From positions 4,180-68,179 of the IMG/VR virus record IMGVR_UViG_3300027413_000007: 64,000 nt of DNA. One strand, given 5' to 3'. Each line of letters opens with the position of its first letter. Positions within the stretch are counted from its first letter, which is position 1. The stretch is from a virus. A program made the position numbers and the translations under genes. The notes beneath the pieces were generated by a model. That model saw only the letters and a list, made by a program, of their open reading frames with translations, made no database searches and had not been told where the DNA came from. Shown here in pieces: positions 41,026 through 51,173 of the stretch.

Positions 41026-42507
41026 TTACCTTCTTCTATGACCTAATTTAATTAGGCCTAAAGTAGTGGAAAATGCTCCATCTCCAGCCGGACTAAAAGT
41101 GTGTTTAGCAGTGTGTATAATATAATCTCCAGATTTTTTTATATCTAACTCTTCATTATTTTCTGCTCTATGATGCATAGCATTCTTTTTAAATTCAACA
41201 GATATTTTATTACTTATAGACATATTTTTGTCTTTTGCTAAGAAATTTTTACCTGGAACTGTAATAGTTAATCCAGACTTATGTACATAAGTTCTTAATC
41301 CTAATGCTGTTACTTTTAAATTATGCAAGTTTCCATCTTCACATTCGTTATAACCTCTAATATCATCTGGTAAACCACTAGATATTCCACTTTGAGAATG
41401 GCTAGTAGTAATATTTGTTATAGTAGCTGCATTATATTGACCAATATTTTTACCTGCAAAAACCGCTTTGTCGTCATACACCGGAATATCTAATTCATTC
41501 ATAATACCTAGCATTTTTGCTCTAGCAAACATTTCTCCTGGATTATGTTTTCTAACATGAATAGTGCCTTCAAACGTATCAATAAAATTATATGTAGCAG
41601 GGCCCAGACCTAGCATATTATACGTATTCTGACTTTCATTTTCTTTATACATATGACTTTTAATTAAAAATAATTTTTCAATAGGTTTTAAAGTTTGCGC
41701 TTTGGCTGCTATAGCTTCAGAATATGTGTATGGAACTAGCCCAGTTCCTGGATTATTTAAAGAAGGTAATTCTAACATAGTTTCTAAATCTAAAAATCTA
41801 ATTTTATCATCACCCATACTAGCATACACATAATATGGAAACCCATTCGTTGTCACACATCTATCACACAACCATTTTGCTGCTTCTAAAGGACCCATAT
41901 TTGGAATAATAACTTTTAAGGATCCGTCTATAACTGGTTCTCTATTTTTATTAAATAATAACTCATTACTTAAAAAATAATCAGCTCCACTATGAGTATA
42001 TCTATCTAATTCACGTAGTAAACTTTGTATTATATCAGTAGCAGTACTAGAAAATCCGCCGGCATTAAAACCTCCTCGGCTTTCGATGGCTTTAAAAATT
42101 TTATTTACACTCATTAAATTTGATTGATAAGCTCTTTCTTCTATTAAATGTAGTAACACAATTTCATTATTATCGTTACTTTTACCAGTGTTTGTTACTT
42201 TATTTACAATAAAACGTTTAGTAATAAAGTTTTGACCATTATCATCTAATCCATCACCGCCTAAAATTGTTATTTCAACTCTTTCAGTTCCTTGAAATGG
42301 AAATCTATCTCCTAAATTTTCATTATCTAAAAATGCTAAATTTGCGGTTAAAAACGGATTTTCTAAAGATTCAAAAAAACTTATTTCGTTTATCATATTT
42401 TTAATATCATAACCTTCAGCAGCCCATTCATTCCAACGGTCTGCTGTTATCACAACTCTTTCGATAACGTATTCGTATGGATTGCTATATTTACTAATTT
42501 CTGCCAT
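41026..42507 (-). CDS. Baseplate hub protein (gp27-like)
   Basis: I.FFESL..PFLT, ITVPG, SGDYII...KHTF; lies between gp53 and gp5. Confidence 0.6.
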   Translation of the reverse strand: MAEISKYSNPYEYVIERVVITADRWNEWAAEGYDIKNMINEISFFESLENPFLTANLAFLDNENLGDRFPFQGTERVEITILGGDGLDDNGQNFITKRFIVNKVTNTGKSNDNNEIVLLHLIEERAYQSNLMSVNKIFKAIESRGGFNAGGFSSTATDIIQSLLRELDRYTHSGADYFLSNELLFNKNREPVIDGSLKVIIPNMGPLEAAKWLCDRCVTTNGFPYYVYASMGDDKIRFLDLETMLELPSLNNPGTGLVPYTYSEAIAAKAQTLKPIEKLFLIKSHMYKENESQNTYNMLGLGPATYNFIDTFEGTIHVRKHNPGEMFARAKMLGIMNELDIPVYDDKAVFAGKNIGQYNAATITNITTSHSQSGISSGLPDDIRGYNECEDGNLHNLKVTALGLRTYVHKSGLTITVPGKNFLAKDKNMSISNKISVEFKKNAMHHRAENNEELDIKKSGDYIIHTAKHTFSPAGDGAFSTTLGLIKLGHRRR

Positions 42508-42514
42508 TTGAAAA

Positions 42515-43348
42515 TTATCCAGTCATATGTTCTATAAATGCTCTATGAACTGCCCGAATTGCTCCAGCTTTTAATACTTTAATAGTTCTTAGCTCATCAT
42601 TTTTAACTGTGTGATGCTCAAATAGAGTGACTTCTTTTATAAGAGAACTTTGATTTTCACTTCTCACATCGATATCTACCCACTCTCCATTAGCATTTTC
42701 GTAATGATGAGCAGAATAAATTTCAAGAGATGAGGATTTTAATTTAGCATTTTCAAATAAAGTAATATCAGGATATGGTACAACTGAATCGGGATCGGTC
42801 AAAGAAAGAGGATTTTGTATTATTCTATCGAACTTTACTGTTTCTCCGTTTATCCAGGTTCCGGTAGAATTACTAATAACTATTTGACCTAAATCTAAAT
42901 TTTTTCGAATTACTGTACCTGTAGCGCCTGATTGGGTACCTTCTACTAAACTACCTACACCAAATATTTTGACTAAGTCAGAACTACTTGTAGGGTGTCC
43001 TACATGCGGTACTCCATCATCATCAGTTCTAAAAACAAGAGTAGTATTAGGATATGCGGCTGTGGTTTTTTCTAATAGCTGATTATACCCAAGAGGCCAT
43101 CCACCTCTTCTAACATGATCATTCATCAAATAAAATGTCCAGTAATATTTTGGGTCATCATATAATTTAGCAGATATTACATCTGGTCTATCTCCATCTA
43201 AAACAGTATAAGTTAAATAATGCTGAAATGACTCTTTAAAGGTGTCAAGAATATCTGCGTATGCAGATACATTTTGAAAAATTGTAAGTGCATTGTCTGC
43301 ACCTCCAAATTTATATTGTACATTTTCAAACGGAGCAAAATATCCCAT
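42515..43348 (-). CDS. Baseplate wedge subunit gp53
   Basis: YF..F..V.Y, DGDRPDVIS.KLY.D..YYW...LMN...WPL, N...R.IKVL. Confidence 0.88.
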   Translation of the reverse strand: MGYFAPFENVQYKFGGADNALTIFQNVSAYADILDTFKESFQHYLTYTVLDGDRPDVISAKLYDDPKYYWTFYLMNDHVRRGGWPLGYNQLLEKTTAAYPNTTLVFRTDDDGVPHVGHPTSSSDLVKIFGVGSLVEGTQSGATGTVIRKNLDLGQIVISNSTGTWINGETVKFDRIIQNPLSLTDPDSVVPYPDITLFENAKLKSSSLEIYSAHHYENANGEWVDIDVRSENQSSLIKEVTLFEHHTVKNDELRTIKVLKAGAIRAVHRAFIEHMTG

Positions 43349-44476
43349 TTAGTATCCTTTCCGTATATCATCTTTATTCAACAATTCATTTTCTCGTAAT
43401 GTCATAGATATGGTCGTTTCTTGCCAATCTCCACCTTTGAAAAAAGATCCAGATGGAGCATTAAAAGTTGCTTGAAAATTAGTTAAATAACACGGTTTGA
43501 ATTTTATAAAGTTTCTATTATTTCCTCTATCTCCGTAGTGCATACTGATTTGAATTTCATTTGGAAATCTGTATCCAAATGGAACACTTATTCCTCCAAG
43601 AGTATCGGTATTAAACGCTTCTGGATATAATTCAGTTCTAAAGAATTTTACAATTTGAACAATTTCAAACGCCTCTTCTTTTGAAACTGGTTGCATTTTA
43701 AAACTAAATGAAAATGTTCTTAAATTAGGTTTATCAAATAACATTGTCATATTAGAAATAGGTGAAGTTCTTAATGATCCTCGTACTGCTCCATCTATTG
43801 CTCCATTTTTACCAGCCATACCTGCAAGACGTGTTACTCCTAATCTTGCTGCATCTTGACTAACTGAACCTTTTAATGCTTGATAAAAATTATCAAGTGA
43901 AGATAAGCCACCACTAGCTAAACCTTCTAACAACCCACCGCCATTAGATATTGCTTCTGAAGCAGCACCTCCCATAAAGCCAAGATCGGCTGTAGAATAA
44001 TTAACGCCGTCCTGAAATGTTATATTTGAAGGCATATACATTTTACAGCTATTTTTTCCTAATTCTTTTTTTTCATTTGACATAATATTATTAGTATTTG
44101 AAACAAAATTAGCTTGACCTCCATCCGGCTCCATGGGATCTTCAGTCGGAGTAACACCAGTTGCAGCTCTTATTGTTAGATCTGCTAAGCTTTTAAACAT
44201 TTCACCAAAAGCTTTCATTGACTCACCTAACTCTGGAGGAGTAGTAATTATTGGTTGAAATAAGATATAAGCTTTATAATCGTTTTCATTTACTAAAGGA
44301 AATTTAAATCTTCTTTTTCTTGTTTTCACTGCATTTGCAGTTGCAACATCGGCTTCAGCTTCGAAATCGAGACCTCCCATTTGCCTCCCGGCACGGGCTT
44401 CGAAATCAAGACTGCCCATGATTCGTTTTCTTGTTCCTCTGAGCCTAGCAGCCGTATCTTCGACGTTAAATACCAT
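43349..44476 (-). CDS. Baseplate tail-tube cap gp48-like
   Basis: YMP..I...D...Y, LF..P.LRTFSFSFKM.P.S..EA..I..IVKFFR...YP. Confidence 0.82.
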   Translation of the reverse strand: MVFNVEDTAARLRGTRKRIMGSLDFEARAGRQMGGLDFEAEADVATANAVKTRKRRFKFPLVNENDYKAYILFQPIITTPPELGESMKAFGEMFKSLADLTIRAATGVTPTEDPMEPDGGQANFVSNTNNIMSNEKKELGKNSCKMYMPSNITFQDGVNYSTADLGFMGGAASEAISNGGGLLEGLASGGLSSLDNFYQALKGSVSQDAARLGVTRLAGMAGKNGAIDGAVRGSLRTSPISNMTMLFDKPNLRTFSFSFKMQPVSKEEAFEIVQIVKFFRTELYPEAFNTDTLGGISVPFGYRFPNEIQISMHYGDRGNNRNFIKFKPCYLTNFQATFNAPSGSFFKGGDWQETTISMTLRENELLNKDDIRKGY

Positions 44477-44487
44477 ACGAAATTTCC

Positions 44488-44523
44488 TATAAATAAAGCT
44501 AAATTCTACTAGTTATATTTATA
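44488..44523. promoter_or_regulatory. Face-to-face pair of late promoters serving the divergent genes
   Basis: TATAAATA on + at 44488-95 (toward gp4) and on - at 44516-23 (toward gp48). Confidence 0.7.
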
Positions 44524-44532
44524 TAGGAAAAC

Positions 44533-45030
44533 ATGAAAACATACTCGGGTAAATTTAATCCAAAAAATCCTCGTAAATATCGTGGAGATTATACTAAAAT
44601 CGTATATCGCTCGATGTGGGAAAGACATTGTTTTCGATGGTGTGATGAACAAACTGATGTAGTCTCATGGTCTAGTGAAGAAGTTATAGTTCCTTATCTT
44701 TATGAAGTAGATAAAAAATATCATAGATACTTTGTAGATCTTAAGGTTACTTTTAAGAACGGAAAAACATTATTAATTGAAATAAAACCAGATGTTCAGA
44801 CACGCCCTCCAAAAAATCCAGGTAAAAAAACTAAACGGTACATAACCGAAGGTCTAGCATATGTAAAGAATATGAATAAATGGAAAGCCGCTAAATCGTA
44901 TGCAGCAGATCATAAATGGGAATTTCAGATATGGACAGAGCATACACTACAGCAAATGGGAATAATGCCAAAACCTCCAAAAAAAATGAAACCACTTCCT
45001 CCAATGAAGAAACCTAAGAAAAAAGTATAA
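44533..45030 (+). CDS. Head completion nuclease gp4 (TnsA-like)
   Basis: Y.GKF.PKNP.KY.GD...IVYRS.WE, WSSEE..VPY, HRYFVD, EIKP, KW.AA. Confidence 0.92.
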   Translation: MKTYSGKFNPKNPRKYRGDYTKIVYRSMWERHCFRWCDEQTDVVSWSSEEVIVPYLYEVDKKYHRYFVDLKVTFKNGKTLLIEIKPDVQTRPPKNPGKKTKRYITEGLAYVKNMNKWKAAKSYAADHKWEFQIWTEHTLQQMGIMPKPPKKMKPLPPMKKPKKKV

Positions 45031-45038
45031 ATAGATTC

Positions 45039-45626
45039 ATGACAGAGATATTTAAAACACTAGAATTAGAAGCCTTTAGAGCGGGAATTACACCTCGTTC
45101 TAAAGAATCGCGTGAATGGTTCCGCAAGAAAATTACTTCTATGCGCGGAAAAGAGTTTCGTAGAATTAAACAAGGTACATTAATGCAAGAAGATGAATTG
45201 ACTCTTACTAATAATACTGATATTGGTAAGATGTGCATGTTCTTCTATGATCCAAAGCATAAAGAAACATTGCCATTTTATGATAGCTTTCCGCTTGTAA
45301 TTATTATTGGTAAAGCAAAGGGAGGCTTTTTAGGAATGAATCTTCATTATTTGCCACCTACTTTACGAGCTAAATTTCTTGATGCTCTAATGGAAAATGC
45401 AGGGCAAGATGATTTTAATGTTACATATCGAACAGTCAAAGCCGCAACAAATATGAAATACTACAAACCTACTATTAAACATTATTTAAAGAAACATTTG
45501 AAAAGTAGACTTGCAACTGTGCATGCACCTGAGTGGGAGATAGCTACATTTCTTCCAACTGCATCCTGGAATAAAGCATCTGGTCGAGAAGTATATCAAA
45601 ATTCGAGGAAGATCATAAATGGGTAA
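45039..45626 (+). CDS. DNA end protector protein gp2
   Basis: FFYDPKHK.TLPFYD.FPL, GFLGMNLHYLP...R; late promoter at 45026-33. Confidence 0.92.
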   Translation: MTEIFKTLELEAFRAGITPRSKESREWFRKKITSMRGKEFRRIKQGTLMQEDELTLTNNTDIGKMCMFFYDPKHKETLPFYDSFPLVIIIGKAKGGFLGMNLHYLPPTLRAKFLDALMENAGQDDFNVTYRTVKAATNMKYYKPTIKHYLKKHLKSRLATVHAPEWEIATFLPTASWNKASGREVYQNSRKIING

Positions 45627-46341
45627 TAGTCGTATATTTAATATTGATGCTTTTAAAGGTCAGATCGGAAAAGGCCTAGCAAGATCAAATAAATTTGTGA
45701 TAGGTTTGCCTGCAGGTAGAACCATAGAAGATGACCACAACAAATTTCAACCTCCAAGCAATGAATCGCGAGTTGCTGCAGTGGCTCAGGGTCTGCCAGC
45801 TCGAGATACCTTACATTTTTTATGCAGATCCTGTTCTTTACCTATGAATCAAATGCTAACATCAGAGCGGGTAATAGGAATGAAACAAGAGAAAATTACT
45901 TATGGTTATGCTCAATCAGATGTAACACTTTCTTTTTATGAACCAAATGATTTTCCAATAAGAAAATATTTTCAAACTTGGCAAAATACACAAGTAGATC
46001 AAGATGAAGGAGAACTTAACTTTAAAAAATCATACGCAAAAGATATGACAATAACTGCATTTTCAACAGAGGGATCTCCTTTATTTGGCGTTTCATTAAT
46101 AGATGCTTTTCCTGTGACTATAAATCAACAAGATTTTTCGAACGAAAATAACGGTATTGTAGATACAACCGTGACTATAACATATACTCGATATTTGTCA
46201 CAGATACCCTCCGCTATGAAAAATGTTCCAGGTGGCAGTGGCTTAGGTCTTCCTGACGGAATTGATAAATTCGTAAAAGATGTACGAGATTTAAATAAAT
46301 TAAAAAGTGTATGGTTAGATCACGAAAGAAATATCGGATAA
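45619..46341 (+). CDS. Tail tube initiator gp54 / gp19-like
   Basis: GLARSNKF, C.SCSLP, VTLSFY, YF..WQ, L.DAFP.TI, V.ITY. Confidence 0.78.
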   Translation: MGNSRIFNIDAFKGQIGKGLARSNKFVIGLPAGRTIEDDHNKFQPPSNESRVAAVAQGLPARDTLHFLCRSCSLPMNQMLTSERVIGMKQEKITYGYAQSDVTLSFYEPNDFPIRKYFQTWQNTQVDQDEGELNFKKSYAKDMTITAFSTEGSPLFGVSLIDAFPVTINQQDFSNENNGIVDTTVTITYTRYLSQIPSAMKNVPGGSGLGLPDGIDKFVKDVRDLNKLKSVWLDHERNIG

Positions 46342-46372
46342 TATTTATAATTTTAAACCATGAGGTAATATA

Positions 46373-47086
46373 ATGGCACTACCAATTTTAAATGACAAAC
46401 CTAAATATGAAATGACTATTCCATCAACTGGTCAAATAGTACGTTTTAGACCTTATCTAGTAAGAGAAGAAAAGGTTCTGATGCTTGCTATGGAATCAGA
46501 AGATTCAAATCAAATGTTCTCATCAATTATTGATACCATAAAGGCGTGTGTCGATACAGAGGAAAGTGATATAAAATGGAATGAACTCGCAATATTTGAT
46601 ATTGAATATATGTTCGTAACTATTAGATCTAAATCTGTTGGAGAAACAAGTAAACTGAATTTAAAATGTACTGAATGCGAAGAATCAAATGAATTAGTTG
46701 TTGATCTATCTGATATTGCTCCGGCTATGCCTGATGTGTCATCAACAATTGTTCTTACAGACGATATTAGTTTAGAAATGCAATGGCCAGCTTATAGTGA
46801 TTTAAATAAAGCTGGAATGCAAGAAATGAGTAGCACTGAACTTACAATGATGATGATTGGTAATTGTATTAAATACGTAAATACAGTTGATGATCAAATT
46901 ATACTGAGAGACGAATCACAGGAATCAGTGACTGCATTTATTGATTCTTTAAGCACAGCACAATTTGAGATGATAAAAAATTATACTGAGAAAATGCCGC
47001 AGATTATAAAGAATATTGAATTTGATTGTGAGAATTGCAATCATCATAATGAAATTAAACTACAAGGAATGGCTGATTTTTTTTAG
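46373..47086 (+). CDS. Baseplate hub assembly protein gp26-like
   Basis: MALP...P.YEMTIPSTG..V.FRPYLVREEKVL, FDIEYMF..IRSKSVGE, two CxxC motifs, ends GMADFF. Confidence 0.9.
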   Translation: MALPILNDKPKYEMTIPSTGQIVRFRPYLVREEKVLMLAMESEDSNQMFSSIIDTIKACVDTEESDIKWNELAIFDIEYMFVTIRSKSVGETSKLNLKCTECEESNELVVDLSDIAPAMPDVSSTIVLTDDISLEMQWPAYSDLNKAGMQEMSSTELTMMMIGNCIKYVNTVDDQIILRDESQESVTAFIDSLSTAQFEMIKNYTEKMPQIIKNIEFDCENCNHHNEIKLQGMADFF

Positions 47087-47277
47087 TATGCCTCTCTCAT
47101 GATAGTCTTATAAATTTTTATAAGAGTAACTTCAGGATGATGCAAGACCATAATTATTCGTTAAGTGAACTAGAAAACATGATACCGTGGGAAAGAGAAA
47201 TCTATATTATGCTTTTAAGTGAACACATAAAAGAAGAAAACGACAAAGCAAAAGAGCGTAATCTTGGGAAGACGTAA
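47077..47277 (+). CDS. gp51-like hub assembly catalyst frame, probably reached by -1 frameshift from gp26 (first in-frame ATG only at 47137)
   Basis: Not in the ORF track. Hand translation FFLVCLSHDSLINFYKSNFRMMQDHNYSLSELENMIPWEREIYIMLL... matches the gp51-like motif Y..NF.LMQ.H.YSL.ELENM.PWER..Y. Confidence 0.8.
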   Translation, partial: FFLVCLSHDSLINFYKSNFRMMQDHNYSLSELENMIPWEREIYIMLLSEHIKEENDKAKERNLGKT

Positions 47278-47291
47278 TAGGATAGAATAAT

Positions 47292-49685
47292 ATGGCAACT
47301 ATAGAACAGTTAACACAGCAGCTTGTTAATGTAAACGAGAATCAAAACGACACAGCCAAAGAGACTAAAAAAGAAATTAGTGATCTGTCAAAAAGTGTGA
47401 AAGATCTTCTAAAATTTCAAAAAGAGCAAGCAAGAAAATCTGGTCAAGATTTGGAAGCTGAAAGAGAAGCATCGAGAAGAACATCAAGCGCGGTTGCCAC
47501 TTCTGGCGGCAGCGGTGCTAGCGGTGGTGATGCAGGTGGTTCTATGGGTGGAATAGGTTCAATGCTAGGCGGGGTAGCTGCTTGGGCTGGGGGATTTCTC
47601 TTAAAATTTACAAAAATTTTCGGAATGCTAAAACGTATGTTTATGTTCGGAGCTCGAGCTACTGGTATAGGTGCAGTAATATATTTAATTTATCAAACCT
47701 TTAAAGATATTGGTGAAAATAAAAATTTTCAAGAAGCTATAGAAAAAATAAAAGAAAGTTGGAATTCTATAAAAACTTCATTTACTTCTATAAAAAATAA
47801 AATAGTAGGTTTTTTTGTAGATGAAAACGGTGAGAAAACAGATCTAACAAAAACAATAGAAGATACTATAAATTCAATAACCGAATTTCTTGTAAAACCA
47901 CTTAATAGAATTAAGTGTACTATTCAAGATTTTGTTAGTGTAACACTCTCAACAGTTGTGAAAAGTATTGAAACCATATTTAATGGTATCGATTTAATAT
48001 TAAGTGGAGAGTTCGGCGCAGGTTTGAATGAACTATTTAAAGCGGCTTTAGGATGGGATTTTGAAGCCGGAAAAATGACAACAGAATCTATGGGCTTATT
48101 GTGGCTTCTTAAAAATTCTTACGATGCTGTTCTAAGTCTTATGCCTGACATGGAAGTGGTTATACCCTCTATAAGTAAAAGTTTTGACGATATGTGGAAT
48201 AGTTTATCATGTCATATTGAAGATGGATTAGCTTATATTACCGAAAAGTGGGAAGTGCTTTCTGGATTCTTTACTGAAACAATACCGGGATGGATTGAAA
48301 CTACAAAAGATAAATTTGTAACAGCATGGGACATCAGTAAAGATTTACTTAAAACTAAGTGGGATGAAGTAGTAAAATTCTTTACTGTAGATGTACCAAA
48401 ATATTTTACTGATTGGCTTACCACCGCTGTTGATAATGTTGCAGCTCCAATTGCTGCAACCTGGGCCAGAGTAGTTGATTGGTTTCTCAGAGTCAACACC
48501 AAAATTACTACAAAATATGAAGAGATTAAAGCTTTCGGTTCTGATATAATATCTAAAATAAAAGATACTTGGTGTAATGTTGTTGAATTCTTCACTGTAG
48601 ATATACCAGCTAAAATGAAAGAAACTTGGGAATCAATAAAAGCTTTCGGTTCTGATATAATATCTGGAATAAAAGATACTTGGTGTAATGTTGTTGAATT
48701 CTTCACTGTAGATATACCAGCTAAAATGAAAGCAGTATGGGAAACAATAAAAGCATTAGGAAGCAATCTATTAGGTACTGCAGAAACTGGTCTTAAAATG
48801 TATTGGGATTTTCTTGTTGATTTTTATACCGTTAAAATACCAGCCGCAATGAAAGCAGTATGGGAAATAATAAAAGCAGGTGGCACAGGTATATTAGATA
48901 ATATTAGCGCAAAATGGGAAAGTCTTAAATGTTTCTTTACTGATACAATTCCAGAAAAAATTAGTAATTTTTTATCACCTCTAGAAAATTTTGATGTAAT
49001 GGAATTTATTACTGAAAAATTTGAAGCGGTTAAATGTTTCTTTACTGATACTATTCCAAACAAAATTGCTGAATTTAATCCGCTTGGTGAGTTTAATTTG
49101 ATGGAAGAAATAGGTAAAAAAGTGGCTGATATGCTAGCTATGATTTTTGATCTTATTCCAAGCATAGAAGATATTAAAAATACTATAATAAGAAGCGTAA
49201 ATAAATTAGGCAGCGCTGGAAAAGCTGTAATGGACTTTTTCGGATTAGGATCTGGAACAGAAGGTCCAGGTCCGTTGACTTCAAAGCAAGAAGTAGCGGC
49301 GGCCACTGCAGAAAGAACAGAACAGGGATTAAAACCTTTCGCGGGTATACTGGGTGTGCAAGCGTTTAACCCTAAGACTGGGGATATGCAGGATCACAAT
49401 TATCTTCAGATGAAAACTTTTTTAGCAAATGAACATAGTGCTATGAATAAGCATCTAATAAATAAGAAAGCTGACGACGAGCGGCTTGAAAGGCTAGCAC
49501 AATCTGATAAATTAGGGCTAATAGCTGATAAGCTTGAAGCATTAATAACAGAACAGGCTATGAGACCTCAAAATGAAGGTTTAAAATCTATGGTTAATAA
49601 TCAAACTTATAATTATGTCACGGCACCAGCAACGTCAACTGATGATGAATACGGTGGCCTGCTCAATCGCCTGAGACGATGGTAA
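47292..49685 (+). CDS. Tape-measure-like protein (gp29 position)
   Basis: 797 aa, helical, periodic W..(V/I)..FFT..IP repeats, directly after gp26/gp51. Confidence 0.7.
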   Translation: MATIEQLTQQLVNVNENQNDTAKETKKEISDLSKSVKDLLKFQKEQARKSGQDLEAEREASRRTSSAVATSGGSGASGGDAGGSMGGIGSMLGGVAAWAGGFLLKFTKIFGMLKRMFMFGARATGIGAVIYLIYQTFKDIGENKNFQEAIEKIKESWNSIKTSFTSIKNKIVGFFVDENGEKTDLTKTIEDTINSITEFLVKPLNRIKCTIQDFVSVTLSTVVKSIETIFNGIDLILSGEFGAGLNELFKAALGWDFEAGKMTTESMGLLWLLKNSYDAVLSLMPDMEVVIPSISKSFDDMWNSLSCHIEDGLAYITEKWEVLSGFFTETIPGWIETTKDKFVTAWDISKDLLKTKWDEVVKFFTVDVPKYFTDWLTTAVDNVAAPIAATWARVVDWFLRVNTKITTKYEEIKAFGSDIISKIKDTWCNVVEFFTVDIPAKMKETWESIKAFGSDIISGIKDTWCNVVEFFTVDIPAKMKAVWETIKALGSNLLGTAETGLKMYWDFLVDFYTVKIPAAMKAVWEIIKAGGTGILDNISAKWESLKCFFTDTIPEKISNFLSPLENFDVMEFITEKFEAVKCFFTDTIPNKIAEFNPLGEFNLMEEIGKKVADMLAMIFDLIPSIEDIKNTIIRSVNKLGSAGKAVMDFFGLGSGTEGPGPLTSKQEVAAATAERTEQGLKPFAGILGVQAFNPKTGDMQDHNYLQMKTFLANEHSAMNKHLINKKADDERLERLAQSDKLGLIADKLEALITEQAMRPQNEGLKSMVNNQTYNYVTAPATSTDDEYGGLLNRLRRW
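48528..48732 (+). repeat. 111-bp-period tandem duplication within the tape measure gene
   Basis: About 94-nt copies at 48528-48621 and 48639-48732 differing at 2 nt (IKAFGSDIIS.IKDTWCNVVEFFTVDIPAKMK twice). Confidence 0.9.
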
Positions 49686-49710
49686 TGCCGACAATTAAGC
49701 CGGCATTACC
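49681..49710. terminator. Hairpin between convergent genes, likely bidirectional terminator
   Basis: GGTAATGCCG-N10-CGGCATTACC perfect 10-bp inverted repeat between the tape measure gene and gp32. Confidence 0.7.
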
Positions 49711-49719
49711 TAGTTATAT

Positions 49720-50616
49720 TTAATCGTTAACTAAATTAGCAAAATGCGACATAATATCGTCATCATCATCTGAACTAGCTACAGCACTCATTGCAGGTTC
49801 AGGAGCCGATTTAATAGGTGCCGCTACTTTTTCTTCTCCAAGGCTACGCTCTTGGGCTACTGTGGGAGCTCCAGCAACTGCTGCTTCTCCAAGTACACTC
49901 ATCAATTTAGTTTTTAGCTCTGTATAAGACTTATATTTAGTAGGGTCAGTATACTCAGCCAAATCATGCATTGAATTATAAAGACCTTCAAGTTTTGCAT
50001 CATCTTCAGAAAGCGTCTCTTGAGAAGCAAATTCTGATTTATCATAGTTGCGATAACCTTCGACATCCCGAATTTTTAGTTTGAAGTTAGCACCAGTCCA
50101 AAAATCAAATGGATTGATTGGTTCTTCATCTGCAAATTCTGGTTGCATAGCATCCATTAGTTTATCAAAGATTTTCTTACCATATTGATAGAGAAATACC
50201 TTACCTTCGTTGGCAGGATTACCTGGATCAGATACGATAAGAACGTTTGATACATAATGCAAACGACGTTTTTGGTTACGAGCGATTGTCTTATCAGACT
50301 CAACACCACTATTCCAAAGACGGCTATTGACTTCACCGACTGGATCATCTTGTCCAATAGATGTAAGTGATCGTTCAATGTACCATTTACCAGTTGGGCC
50401 TTTAAAGCCATGATCCCAATAACGAACCCAAGGCAACTCAGAACCTTCTGTAGCTGGGAGGAAACGAAGAACAGCATAACCGTTATTCTGTTTATCGACC
50501 GTAGGTTTCCAAATACGATCGTCTGTGTATTTGTTTTTAGCACCGCCAGCAGATTCTGCTGCTGCCACGAGTTTATCAATTTGGCCGCGGTTCCGTTTTA
50601 GATTTGCAAAAGACAT
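49720..50616 (-). CDS. Single-stranded DNA-binding protein gp32
   Basis: DDRIWKP..DK..NGYAVLRFLPA, HGFKGPTGKWYIE, GKKIFDK, GANFKLKIR.V.GYRNYD.SEF, acidic tail; late promoter at 50697-704. Confidence 0.96.
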   Translation of the reverse strand: MSFANLKRNRGQIDKLVAAAESAGGAKNKYTDDRIWKPTVDKQNNGYAVLRFLPATEGSELPWVRYWDHGFKGPTGKWYIERSLTSIGQDDPVGEVNSRLWNSGVESDKTIARNQKRRLHYVSNVLIVSDPGNPANEGKVFLYQYGKKIFDKLMDAMQPEFADEEPINPFDFWTGANFKLKIRDVEGYRNYDKSEFASQETLSEDDAKLEGLYNSMHDLAEYTDPTKYKSYTELKTKLMSVLGEAAVAGAPTVAQERSLGEEKVAAPIKSAPEPAMSAVASSDDDDDIMSHFANLVND

Positions 50617-50704
50617 ATTGTATTCCTTATATTTGCTGAATTATGTTTTGTATTAACTGAATTATTATACCACATTTTTGACATGAAGTATACCTTTATT
50701 TATA

Positions 50705-50899
50705 TTATTTTCTAACAAAAAGAACAGTTTCTTTACCAGTGTCAGGATTGACTGATGGAATTGCAACATGACCTTCGGGAACAGGTTGAGTTCCGACATA
50801 TTGCCATGTATTTCCAGCCGCTGCATTTGCTGGACCAGCAGCAAAAAACTCTTCATTATCATTCAAAAAGAGCATCGTAATCATAATTAGTTCAAACAT
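50705..50899 (-). CDS. Small hypothetical protein
   Basis: Start moved to the ATG at 50899, which has an AGGA RBS; hydrophobic N-terminus. Confidence 0.5.
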   Translation of the reverse strand: MFELIMITMLFLNDNEEFFAAGPANAAAGNTWQYVGTQPVPEGHVAIPSVNPDTGKETVLFVRK

Positions 50900-51173
50900 T
50901 CTTGTTTTCCTTTGTGTGTTTATATAGTTGATAATAGTAGTCAAAAGTTACTGGATAATTGTCTGGATCGGGTAGCACTCCTTTAAACATTTTAATAAAT
51001 TTATTTATTTCTTCATTGCTCATGATTACTCCTTAAAGCGCAATACCATTCCCAAAAATAATAGGCATTTAAGAACATCACCGCCACGATTATAAGGCTG
51101 CTAGAAAGATTAATTACAATATACGAAAGTATATCTGCAAATATGTATATCACTACATAATCCCACCATCGTA

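Noticed and set aside
44361-44419. MG(S/G)LDFEA duplication at the gp48 N-terminus
   Set aside because: Only two short copies in a variable N-terminal extension; no functional inference is supportable.
46342-46349. Minus-strand TATAAATA between gp54 and gp26
   Set aside because: It points antisense to the operon; an 8-mer of A/T is expected by chance in this composition.
48233-49306. Minus-strand ORFs of 177 and 160 aa
   Set aside because: Antisense shadows of the repetitive tape-measure gene.
50157-50579. 140-aa alternative-frame ORF inside gp32
   Set aside because: Fully nested in a highly conserved gene, with no RBS or recognisable motif.
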